DNA from: Heptranchias perlo | Lineage: Eukaryota | NCBI RefSeq assembly: GCF_035084215.1 | Contig: NC_090352.1 | Span: 744,001 to 808,000, forward strand | Reading direction: 5' to 3' | DNA length: 64,000 nucleotides | In this document: positions 39,294 to 50,364 of the stretch, piece by piece | How the letters are laid out: every line of letters begins with the position of its first letter | How positions within the stretch are numbered: position 1 is the stretch's first letter | Notes under the pieces: model-generated | What the model was told of the DNA's origin: nothing | The model's database searches: none | Seen by the model: only the letters and a program-made list of their open reading frames with translations | Program-made: the position numbers and the translations under genes

Positions 39294-40126
39294 CAGTGAT
39301 TCCCTGGTCAGATCCTGCATTTCCCCGGGGGAGGGAGTTGGAACACTGGTGAAAGTCAGTGCTCAGTCGGTGCTGGGCTCCTCGAGTAGAGAGCTGGAAA
39401 TGTGCACCAGTGGCAGCCTGGGAGCAGGTCAGCTGTCCAGGTAACCTTTAGGCCCGAGGAGGTATGTGGCCTGGGGATGTAGGGGGTTGGGGGAAAGGGA
39501 GAGATTAGTTTCTGTGCCGATTTTCTGCCCTTCTCCTCTGTTTGAAGGTGTTGACTCCTGCTGGGTCACTCCGTACGTACACCCTCCGTTGCCTTGCTCA
39601 TGGCCAATCTTCCCATGTGAGCCCAGGTACAGTGTCAGCAGGCTATTCAACTGCACGAGGCATCACAGTCACACCCGATCCTGACCTGACTCGATGTTCA
39701 TACAGACACACTTCCTAACAGGAGTGAATGGATTGCAAATAGGAAACAGGATTGATCACTGAGACTGTACCTAACTAGTATGTCTAGTGTTACACCCTGT
39801 TCTATTTCTGTATGCTGGAGTGGGAGAATTATAACCATAACATTAAGGAGTCTTCAATGACCTCATATTTAGTTTAATATTACTGGACTGACACAAAGAA
39901 AGATCATCGTATTACATTGTAATGATAATAATCAGGGCGGCGTCCAAGGGAGAAACCACCCATGAATGACATTGGATTACAGCCGTTATAAGAGAACGTT
40001 TAATATAATCATAACCACTAAATCAAGAGGTGAAACAACAAGTTTATAAGAGACTAAATGGACAGGTGAGGAGACAGCTTTCTATTGATAACCATCATTA
40101 AATGGCGAATGTTTATTCTCCTGCAG

Positions 40127-40249
40127 AAATTGGTGTCCGTACACTGTGTTGAAGATAGTGTCTTGCCAAGTCCAGAATGGATCTGAGACACTGATCCAGA
40201 GGGTTTACCAGAGCTGTCCCTGGCCTGGGCATTGTTCCAGTTTAGTGAG
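40127..40249 (+). CDS. COL26A1: Collagen XXVI alpha-1 (EMID2)-like coding exon, N-terminal half of the EMI domain (probable exon 2)
   Basis: TTTATTCTCCTGCAG acceptor and AG|GTAAGA donor; 123 nt, phase 2-2. Translates NWCPYTVLKIVSCQVQNGSETLIQRVYQSCPWPGHCSSLVS, close to human COL26A1 as recalled (VSCQVQNGSETVVQRVYQSCRWPGPCANLVS). Confidence 0.92.
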
Positions 40250-41698
40250 GTAAGAACCTTTCACACAGAAACATCTTTTGACACAATTTAGAGTGTGTAA
40301 ACTCTGACTGAGTGTGTAAACTCTGACGAACAAATGTTTCAATGATGAGATGTTCCAGAGCTGTAATCTGGGCTCATCGTTCAGTATTCGTGTGGACACC
40401 TCCACTGAGAGAAAGAATCCCATCCTGCTCTTCACCTCTTGTTGTTGGTTCCCAGTTCACTCAAAGGCTGCTCCCTCACTCCTTCCAGCGCCTGGATTTC
40501 AGGATCTGCTCATGGGTCAATTGCAGATACCTTGATCAATGCATAACCAATAAATGAGCTGCTAGTGAATAATGACTGTTTAGCACATGGGTGATCTTTG
40601 TGCCCAGATAGAGGGGACTCATCCACCATTGAAGTGTTATCGGCGCAAGAAGACAATATGAGTTTCATATGCACACAGACCATGTCCAGCCAGCAGTGAT
40701 AGACTTAAAGTGGCCACAATCTGGTCAGTTACCAAGATCCCATGAAGAAATATGAAAAGTACATTGGTCTGAGAATGACCTGTCCTTGTGCTCTGCTCAC
40801 TCCTGCACTCCATTGGGTTCAACTCACACCATAAAGTGAACTCAGCTCATTTCAATAAATTCTCAGTACTCTCGGTACATGCTGCTATCAGTGTGTTTGC
40901 CCTGTGACACATGGAATGTGACAAGGCCCTTGGCCCAACAAGCTATGTCCCATGTTCACACTCTCACATAAAGTGGACTGGACACGGCTCACGCACATCC
41001 TCACATTCCTTATTCCAACACATGTCCCTTTTTTATTTGCTTGTGGGAGAAGGCTGTACTCCTGCTCCTGGCCCACGAGTAAAATATAAACCTGGGCCTC
41101 CCCTGGCGACGATGGTGCCCGGTCTTGCTGGTGGGCCTGAGACTCTGTGACCCTCAGTCAGGACCCTGTTAAAATGGCGTGTGTGCCTTGATGACGTCTT
41201 TGCCTTCAGGGTCCTGCCTCCTCGGGGAGAGCGGCCTGCTCCTGCCTGAGTTCAGGAAAGTTAAGAAGGCGGGGGCGTCAGGAACAGAGTGAGAACCCCT
41301 CCCCCAACACCTTAACCATTCCACCCCCACCGTTCCTGTCGGGCTTTCCAGTTACAGAGAAATGTCAGGGCAGGTTCTCCTGTTATTGGGCCTGGGTGTA
41401 AAGGATTACCTGAGTGCAACACATTGAGGGACACCGCACCCTGTAATGGGACCCTCCTGATTATCCGTTCATTCCTTTAAATGTGTGCGATCCAACCCAC
41501 TCGGTTATCCTCTGCATCCAGGCCATCCTTTACACCCAAGTACAATAAGATTACGAACTATCATTAGATATTGGGTATTATGTGGTGCTGCCATGGTCTT
41601 AGCTCAAGCTCAGTACCAAAGGCCACTCCCATCAACAAGACCTCGCCCCCAAAAGAAAGAATGTGACTTTATACACACAAGGGGTAAAATTTGTCTTT

Positions 41699-42003
41699 GG
41701 GGTGGGGGTGGGGGTGTAGGACGACCTGGGGTGGGGGTGTGGGACGGGCCTGGGGGTGGGGAGGTGGGGGTGTGGGACGGGGTGGGGGTGGGGGTGGGGG
41801 TCGGGCCTGGGGGTGGGGGTGTGGGACGGGCCTGGGGGTGGGGGTGGGGGTGGGGGACGGGGTGGGGGTGGGGGACAGGCCTGGGGGTGGGGGGGTGGTG
41901 GGACGGACCTGGGGGTGGGGGTGGGGGTGTGGGATGGGGTGGGGGTGTGGGACGGGGTGGGGGTGGGGGTGGGAGTGGGGGACAGGCCTGGGGAGGGGGT
42001 GTA
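41699..42003 (+). repeat. (GGGGGT)n-rich low-complexity tract with G-quadruplex potential
   Basis: Dozens of G3-G6 runs separated by 1-6 nt. Confidence 0.9.
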
Positions 42004-43797
42004 GGATCCAGCAGCAACCCTGTAATAGCTTCTGAATGAGCCTCTTAGTCTTTGGATAGTGGAAGATTAAACGCTCTATTGGATTGTGTGAGTCAACCTA
42101 CAGGTTGATTAATCGTTAAAAGCAAACAGTGTCTGCAAGTCAAACCAGCAGATTCACAGAACGTTCAACATTTACTTCCTGAGGTACAAAAGTAATGAAA
42201 GTCCTGGTTCTTGAACCAGCTCTCGTGTAATACTAACCTCAGGCCAGCACCCATAACCTCATTTACAGCTGACGTTTCCAGCCTCTATCTCGAGGGGACG
42301 AACTAACGAGCTGGCAACTTGGTGAAGTTCACACTGGGAAGCTGGAACTCCAAGGCTTATTAACTGCAAGTGATAGTTCCCAGACATTGGACCCAAGATC
42401 ATGACCCTCAGTTGATTGATTTCAGGATTAAAGCTGGCAGTCTCCTTGCTTTGTAATCAAGAAGTGTTTGCATCAGAATTCTGCCTTTGAAGTGACATTT
42501 TACATACCGGCCAGTGATACCTTCAACAGGTGGACGGTAAGCTAGTGGAGAGACCTGTACAGCTGAAGGATTCGCTGCAGCGTTCGGTAACCAAAGAAAT
42601 ACCAGCTGCATCACAAAAACAGATATTAAAAAGCACAGACTGAATTATGATGCGCCCTCCCACAGGGCTTGCGACATATAATAGCAGATCCCCAGACCTG
42701 CAACCAGAAACACCAAGGGAGACTCACTTGTATCAAATTCCAGACCTCTCAATTGGTATGAAACACCCAACAAATCACAACTGAACTTTCCGTTAATGAA
42801 AAGCAAACAAAGGGAAATAAACCCACTCATTGGCCTATAACTGACCTCCAGTTGTTCCTGTTTCACCAATTAGACTTTGTGGCCTCAAAGGGACAGGTCA
42901 TCTTACACACAGGTGTATTGTGGGATTATGTGCTACATGCTATAGCCATCCTGTCCGTAATAAATAAAAGAATGCATCCTTCGACTACCATGAGCCACAC
43001 AACAGTTGTTTATTGTAAGTTTGATTAGTCTCTCTGTTTTCCATGTTCCAGTTTGCTGCAATACCTCCCTTTCTACCATCAGAGTTTGGCCCATAGCTTT
43101 GTGAGCCTAGAAAGTGATTGTGCATCATCGCTGAGTGAAATATAGGCTTCTAAAAGATTCTGGGTGATTTACTGGTGCTAGTTTACACAGGATATTGCTC
43201 TTTTCAGTTTATGGTCATTCTCAATCACACCAGGGACCAATAAAATACAAAAGGAAGCAGCACTAACCCTCGAAATCAGCCACGAACTGCAACTAGCAGC
43301 CAGTTCACCACCTTAAATAACACAGGGAAAGTAAAGCCAGCTGATTACTCACAAACTGTATAGATTTAGATGTTACTGAGTGACAAGAACCTGTTTAACT
43401 GGCCAGAAGATACAGGTCGTTGTGTAGAGAGTGAAGGCAGGTAATTTGAGAGTTGATGACAATCTCCCAGAGGCACCTGGTATACCAGGCATGAAAGGAT
43501 GTCGCTTAAAGCTGGCAATGCCGACAGTCACCAGCCTCAGAGAGGCAGGGCCTTTACGATGCACAACCCAGGGAGGACTGGGGCTGTCAGTGACATCCTG
43601 CAGATAGCCAGGACACTCCTTCCACAGGGGAATCACTGAGAAGAGATGATAGGTTAGGTGTCACATGTCAGAAGCACCATATGAAGGGGCAGCACTGTGC
43701 GACACAACACACTGACATCATTCTTACATCACTCACTGTAGTCAATAAATTAGATGATCAGTTGATGTGTGCATTCTGCTGAGAATTAGTGGCAGTC

Positions 43798-44727
43798 TTT
43801 TTTTTTATTCGTTCATGGGATGTGGGCGTCGCTGGCAATGCTGGCATTTATTGCCCATCCCTAATTGCCCTTGAGAAGGTGGTGGTGAGCCGCCTTCTTG
43901 AACCGCTGCAGTCCGTGTGGTGACGGTTCTCCCACAGTGCTGTTAGGAAGGGAGTTCCAGGATTTGGACCCAGCGACGATGAAGGAACGGCCGATATATT
44001 TCCAAGTCAGGATGGTGTGTGACTTGAAGGGGAACGTGCAGGTGGTGTTGTTCCCATGCGCCTGCTGCCCTTGTCCTTCTAGGTGGTAGAGGTCGCGGGT
44101 TTGGGAGGTGTTGTCGAAGAAGCCTTGGCGAGTTGCTGCAGTGCATCCTGTGGATGGTACACACTGCAGCCACTGTGCGCCGGTGGTGAAGGGAGTGAAT
44201 GTTTAGGGTGGTGGATGGGGTGCCAATCAAGCGGGCTGCTTTGTCCTGGATGGTGTCGAGCTTCTTGAGTGTTGTTGGAGCTGTACTCATCCAAGCAAGT
44301 GGAGAGTATTCCATCACACTCCTGACTTGTGCCTTGTAGATGGTGGAAAGGCTTTGGGGAGTCAGGAGGTGAGTCACTCGCCACAGAATACCCAGCCTCT
44401 GACCTGCTCTTGTAGCCACAGTATTTATGTGGCTGGTCCAGTTAAGTTTCTGGTCAATGGTGACCCCCAGGATGTTGATCGTGATGGTAATGCCGTTGAA
44501 TGTCAAGGGGAGGTGGTTAGACTCTCTCTTGTTGGAGATGGTCATTGCCTGGCACTTATCTGGCGCGAATGTTACTTGCCACTTATCAGCCCAAGCCTGG
44601 ATGTTGTCCAGGTCTTGCTGCATGCGGGCACGGACTGCTTCATTATTTGAGGGGTTGCGAATGGAACTGAACACTGTGCAATCATCAGCGAACATCCCCA
44701 TTTCTGACCTTATGATGGAGGGAAAGT
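43798..44727 (-). mobile_element. LINE family B, 5'-truncated copy 4
   Basis: 252-aa ORF starting MGMFADDCTVF; poly(T) at 43798; candidate TSD AGTCT on both sides. Confidence 0.93.
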
Positions 44728-44829
44728 CTGTTTGTGCTGTAGGCCCATGTTTACTATTTTACTACTTAGCGGCAACTGCATTGAGACTGTTTCTTGTGTC
44801 ATTGATTCCACTGTGAATCACAACCTCAG

Positions 44830-45265
44830 TCTGGTCATCCCCGGCCCCCCCCTGCCCACTTCTCAGAATCAGAGAGGCAACAGACTATTTCGGACTCCTG
44901 GTTGCAGCTGTGGACAAGTCTATCCAACCCTCGAATGGTTGAAGGCTCCATAATCACAACCTGCCTTTTCTGGACCCGCCCTGGACCACTTGCTCCACGG
45001 TGCCATGATGTTGTTTTGTGATTTCTGCTATCCTTTTCTTTATCATCGGTATCCAGCACTATCTACCCATCAGATCCTTCAGGAGTTTCCTGCATTGGTT
45101 GAACCCTCCGTTAACCCTCCATTCCCCCCCCCCCTCACTTCCCTATGGGACATCACCCACTTCCCTTTCTTTGCCTCATTATTCCTCTGTAGCAGTAAGC
45201 TGACCATCTTCTGCAATGTCTGTTCCAGGAAGACTTTCTCCTTCCGTATATTGTGGAGTGTCTCT
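44830..45265 (-). mobile_element. Degraded CR1 ORF1 esterase fragment
   Basis: VVIMEPSTIRGLDRLVHSCNQESEIVCCL resembles VVIGDSIIRGID...RESRRVCCL at 52098-52769. Confidence 0.6.
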
Positions 45266-46679
45266 TAAGACTTGTTTAAGCTCAGTTGCTTTAAGCTCAA
45301 CGCAGGTACCTGTGTTTGAATTGGCTGCCCGTGCTGTGTGAGTGGCTTTAAGTAGATTACAGAAGCCAGAGGCAGTGGAGTTACAAAAGGGGCATTGAAG
45401 TGAGAAGGCTGATCACTGAATAAACTATTGGCATCTTGAAGATGCCTGAACAGATTAGGGGACATCTTGGGGTCTCCAGGATTATTAGTCTCTGCTGCAT
45501 TCTGCTCAACCTTGCCATTCAAAGAAGTCTAACCTGGAGCAGGAAGGCCAACTCCTGGCAAGGCCAGACTAGAATGCTGGCAATGACACAGAGGACGTTA
45601 CTTTGGAACATCTCTACATCCTGGAAGAGGAGTGCTCTGGGCTTTCATGGAGGGGGGATTCACCTAATTGCCTGAACTGCCCATTTAGTATCAGTGCTGT
45701 CCAATCAGGGACTATGCAGTGCCCAAAGCACCATCATTAATGTGTCCTCTGCACTACCTCAATATCCTGGGGATCCATCCTTTTGCCTGCTGGGACCTCA
45801 TTCTGTGCCACCAGAATGAAACTCTTTTGGCAAAGCTGAAGTAATCTGTGACCAACTTATTTCCCTCCAAATGATCTGTGTCTGTGTGTTGGACCCTATC
45901 CTTGGGATCCTTCTGGTGGAATTCCCTGGAGGAATGTGGCTGGCTATTCAGGTTAGTGGAGACCTCTTGAGCTTGAGGTGGAAATATTGGGAAAAGAGGG
46001 AACACAGGCTGTAGAGATGACGTAGACAAGGAACGGGGACAGACAGAGTCAATATGGTTGGAGTTCAAAGATTAAAAAGGGCTTGTGAAATCTGCAGTCA
46101 GATTAGTGAGATGAATAGGAATAACAAAATTATGTAGTTTTTAATTATCCACTTATTGATTGGGACAGAGAGCAAGTAAATGGAGCAAAGGGAATGGAAT
46201 TCCTAAATTGTGCACAGACTCCTCCTCGAGCAGTGTGTTAGTGGGCCTACAGGGGCGGAGATGTTGCTGGATCTGGTTACGAGTAATGGAATAGACCAGG
46301 TAGATGGGCTGAATGTGTAGTGACCACAATATGATGAGGTTTAAGATACATCTAGAAAGGGATTAGGGCAGATTTTAGAAAGATGAGCATTGTGCTCGTT
46401 GGGGAGAGGTGGAAGGAGAAATTGGCACACAGGACCCTAGAGCAACAGTGGGACATCTTTAAATAAGAGATTGTAAAGGTACAGAATATGTATATTCCAT
46501 TAAAAAGAAATAAACTGCTCGTAGTTTTAGGATGCCATGGATAAATAGGTTAGAAACTAATTAAAAATGAAGAAACAGGCCGATAATGACTATCAGAATA
46601 ACAATGATAAAAAAAAGGAGAAATATAAGAAAATAAGAAAAGAGGGAGTATGAGGAAGAAATTTCAAAACATATCGAAA

Positions 46680-47005
46680 GGAAAGGAAGGAAGACTGGCA
46701 TTTATACAGCACCTTTCACAACCTCGGGATGTCACAAAGTGCTTTACAGCCAATGAAGTACTTTTTTGAAGTGTAGTCACTGTTGTAATGTAGGAAATGC
46801 AGCAGCCAATTTGTGCACAGCAAGATCCCACAAACAGCAATGAAATAAATGACCAGATAATCTGTTTTAGTGATATTGATTAAGGGATAAACATTGACCA
46901 GGACACCGGGGAGATCTCCCCTGCTCTTTTTCGAAATAGTGCCATGGGATCTTTTACATCCACCTGAGAGGGCAGACGGGGCCTTAGTTTAACGTCTCAT
47001 CCGAA
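46680..47005 (-). mobile_element. SacSINE1-like (DeuSINE) 3' part
   Basis: Its reverse complement aligns to 58625-58919 (AAAAGATCCCATGGCACTATTT, TTTGTGGGATCTTGCTGTGCACAAATT, GTACTTCATTGGCTGTAAAG). Confidence 0.85.
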
Positions 47006-47713
47006 TGAAGGATGGAACATTGTAATAAAGTATTTTACAATATAGCAATAAAAAGAGAATTGTTAAAAGAGAGCTGGCACTCCTGAGAGAAGTGATTATC
47101 AGCTTGTAGATGATGATCAAAAATTGGCAAGATGTACTTCATATTGGTCTTTTCTAAAGAGAAGGAGAGCAGAGAGGAGACGAATCCTGAAGTGGTTGAG
47201 AGTGAGGTGAGTGATATTATGAAGCATAAAAGGAAAATATTTGGATAAGTTAGTTAGGCTAAAGGAAGATAAAGCAGCAGGGCCCAATGGAATACATCCT
47301 AGGATTCTGAGAGAGGAAATTACAGAGACCCCAGAAATTATATTTCAGGGCTGTATTGAGTGTGGATGTGCCGGAGTTTTGGAGAGCGACCAATGTAGTA
47401 CCCACCTTTAAAAGGGGGGACAAAGCTAATCTGGGCAATTACAGGCTGGTTAGTTTAACATTGTGGGAGGGAAAACTTTAAAGTCTCCATTAAGGATGAA
47501 ATTAACATTCATCTAGATAAAGAAAAATAGTTATGAGTAGCCAGCACAAATTTCAAAATGGATAATTATGCTTGACAAACCTCATAGAATTCTTCAAGGA
47601 AGTAACAGACCTGATAGATTATTGCAAATGGACTTTAGGAAAACATTTGACAAGATATCACGTGTAAGGAATCTTACAACACCAGGTTATAGTCCAACTG
47701 TTTTATTTGAAAA

Positions 47714-47750
47714 TCACAAGCTTTCGGAGGCTTCCTCCTTCGTCAGGTGA
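47714..47750 (-). ncRNA. Minimal type I hammerhead ribozyme motif (minus-strand arm)
   Basis: Minus strand reads UCAC-CUGACGA-A-GGAG-GAAGC-CUCC-GAAA-GC-UU-GUGA. Confidence 0.72.
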
Positions 47751-47766
47751 ATGGTGTGAACGATGC

Positions 47767-47803
47767 TCACCTGACGAAGGAGAAAGCCTCCGAAAGCTTG
47801 TGA
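47767..47803 (+). ncRNA. Minimal type I hammerhead ribozyme motif (host sense strand)
   Basis: Stem I UCAC/GUGA, core CUGACGA, stem II GGAG/CUCC, GAAA, palindromic stem III AAGCUU, cleavage triplet CUU. Confidence 0.75.
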
Positions 47804-48065
47804 TTTTCAAATAAAACAGTTGGACTATAACCTGGTGTTGTAAGATTCCTTACATTTGTCAACCCCAGTCCATCACCGGCATCTCCACATCAAGATATCA
47901 CATGGAAGATTATGAGAAGATTAAACGGTATGGGATTGGGCGGAGCATTACAAACTGGCTTAGAAACTGGTTAGAAGGGAGAAAAGAGAGTCGGGGTTAA
48001 GGACAGTTTTTCAGAGTGTTTGGAAGTGGGTAGTGCTGTCCCACCACCAGTTCTGGGGCCACTCA

Positions 48066-49620
48066 GAATCATAGAATCTGGAAAGTTACGGCACAGAAGG
48101 AGGCCATTCGGCCCATCGTGTCCATGCTGGCCGAAATAGAGCCATCCAGCATAATCCCATTTTCCTTGGTCCGTAGCCCTGTAGGTTACGGCATTTCAAG
48201 TGCACATCCAAGTGCTTTTTAAATGAGTTGAGGGTTTCTGCCTCTACCACCCTTTCAGGCAGTGAGTTCCAGACCCCCACCACACTCTGGGTGAAAAAAA
48301 TTCTCCTCAGCTCTGCTCTAATCCTTCCACCAATCACTTTAAATCTATGCTCCCTGGTCACTGACCCCTCTGTTAAGGGAAATAGGTCCTCCCTATCCAC
48401 TCTATCTAGTCCCCTCATAATTTTATACACCTCAATTAAATCTCCCCTCAGCCTCCTTTGTTCTAAAGAAAACAACCCCAGCCTATCCAATCTTTCCTCA
48501 TCGCAAAAATTCTCCAGCCCTGGCAACATCCTTGTAAATCTCCTCTGCACCCTCTCTAGTGCAATCACATCTTTCCTGTAATGTGGTGACCAGAACTGTA
48601 CGCAGTACTCAAGCTGTGGCCTAACTAGTGTTTTATACAGTTCTAGCATAACCTCCCTGCTCTTATATTGTGTGCCTCGGCTAATAAAGGAAAGTATCCC
48701 GTATGCCTTCTTAACCACCTTATCTACCTGTCCTGCTACCTTCAGGGATCTGTGGACGTGCACTCCAAGGTCCCTCTGCTCCTCTGCACCTCTCAGTATC
48801 CCCCCATTTCTTGTGTACTCCCTTGCCTTGTTTGCCCTCCCCAAATGCATACCTCACACTTCTCCAATTGAATTCCATTTGCCACTTTTCTGCCCACCTG
48901 ACCAATCCATCGATATCTTCCTTCAACCTACAGCTTTCCTCCTCACTATCAACCACACGGCCAATTTTTGTATCATCTGCAAACTTGTTGATCTTGCCCC
49001 CTACATTTAAGTCCAAATCATTAATATATACCACAAAAAGCAAGGGACCAAGCATTGAGCCCTGCAGAACCCCACTGGAAACAGCCTTCCAGTCACAAAA
49101 ACACCCCTTGACCATTAACCTTTGCTTCCTGCCACTGAGCCAATTTTGGATCCAACTTGCCACTTTCCCTTCAATCCCATGGGCTTTTGATTTTTTGACC
49201 AGTCTGCCATGTGGGACCTCGTTAAAAGCCTTGCTAAAATCCATGTAGACTACATCAAATGCATTACTCTCATCGACCATCCTTGTTACCACCTCAAAAA
49301 ATTCAATCAAGTTAGTCAGACACGACCTTCCCTTAACAAATCCATGCTGACTGTCCTTGATTAACCCGTGCCTTTCTAAATGACGATTAATGCGGTCCCT
49401 TAGAATTGATTCCAATAATTTGCCCACTACCGAGGTTAGACTGATTGGCCTATAATTACTCCGTCTATCCCTCGCTGTACAATGGTACAACGTTAGCAGT
49501 CCTCCAGTCCTCCGACACCGTGCCTGCAGCAAGGGATGATTGGAAAATGATGGTCAGAGCCTCCACTATTTCCTCTCTTGCTTCTTGGGATACATTTCAT
49601 CTGGGCTTGGCGATTTATCT
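48066..49620 (-). mobile_element. CR1 LINE, 5'-truncated
   Basis: RT ORFs 48720-49532 and 48086-48850; AGAATCATAGAATC tail. Confidence 0.93.
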
Positions 49621-50364
49621 AATTCTAGTTTTTATCACGAGGTTTAGAATATAAAAGCCAAAGTATTGATGAGCCTATATAAAACCTTACTAAGACCTCA
49701 GTTAGAGTATTGTGTGCAGTATTGGGCTCCACACTGTAGGAAGGATATTGAGGCTCTAGAGAGGGTACAATACAGATTCACCAGGATGCTGCCCGGCGTG
49801 AGGCAATATAAAAACAAAGAAAGACTTGAACACTGGGTCTTTTTTCATTTGAAGAACACAGATTATTGGATGATATGATGGACGTATTTCAAAATGATGA
49901 AAATATGGGACAGGGTAGATAGCAGCAAACTGTTTCCAGTCATTGAGGGGTTAAGAACGAGGGGCCATAGATACAGGATTAAATGTGAGAGATTTAGAAC
50001 AGAGGGGAGGAGAAACCTCTTCACACAGAGAGTTGTGAGGCTGTGGAATTCACTTCCAGAGTTAGTGATTGAGACAGAAACTATGTCAACATTCAAGACT
50101 TGATTGGATAGGGGGATGAAGGAAAAGGGACTGTAGGGAAATGGCAATAAGTTGGTAAATGTGATTGGAACTATATGCTCGTGTGGAGAGTAAACGCCAA
50201 CATGGAATGGTTGGGCCTGTTCACGTGTTGTAACTTCTATATATTCCCATATAAGTTGCAGCTTGAATTTGTGCCCTGCTGCAGTGTGGGCTAATATGGT
50301 GAGTAGTCAAAGAGCAGTAATGTAATCTGAATACCTTGCATGGGGCAGCATTCAATATGTAATA

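Larger units (their letters stand above)
47662..47890 (+). mobile_element. Penelope-like element remnant: inverted pseudo-LTR pair plus 3' tail, with an 11-bp TSD
   Basis: 88-bp inverted arms at 47663-47750 and 47767-47854 (one mismatch), 16-bp spacer, 36-bp tail. CAAGATATCAC is duplicated at 47651-47661 and 47891-47901. Confidence 0.85.
46060..50245 (+). mobile_element. Old degraded CR1 ORF2 (46060-48065 and 49621-50245) hosting SINE, Penelope and CR1 insertions
   Basis: Remnants MDFRKTFDKISHGRL, VLGPL, LYKTLLRPQLEYCVQYWAP and FTQRVVRLWNSLP occur in the expected order. Confidence 0.8.

Noticed and set aside
40291-40340. CTGACGA after an 18-bp direct repeat as another possible hammerhead
   Set aside because: No stem II, GAAA or stem I pairing follows.
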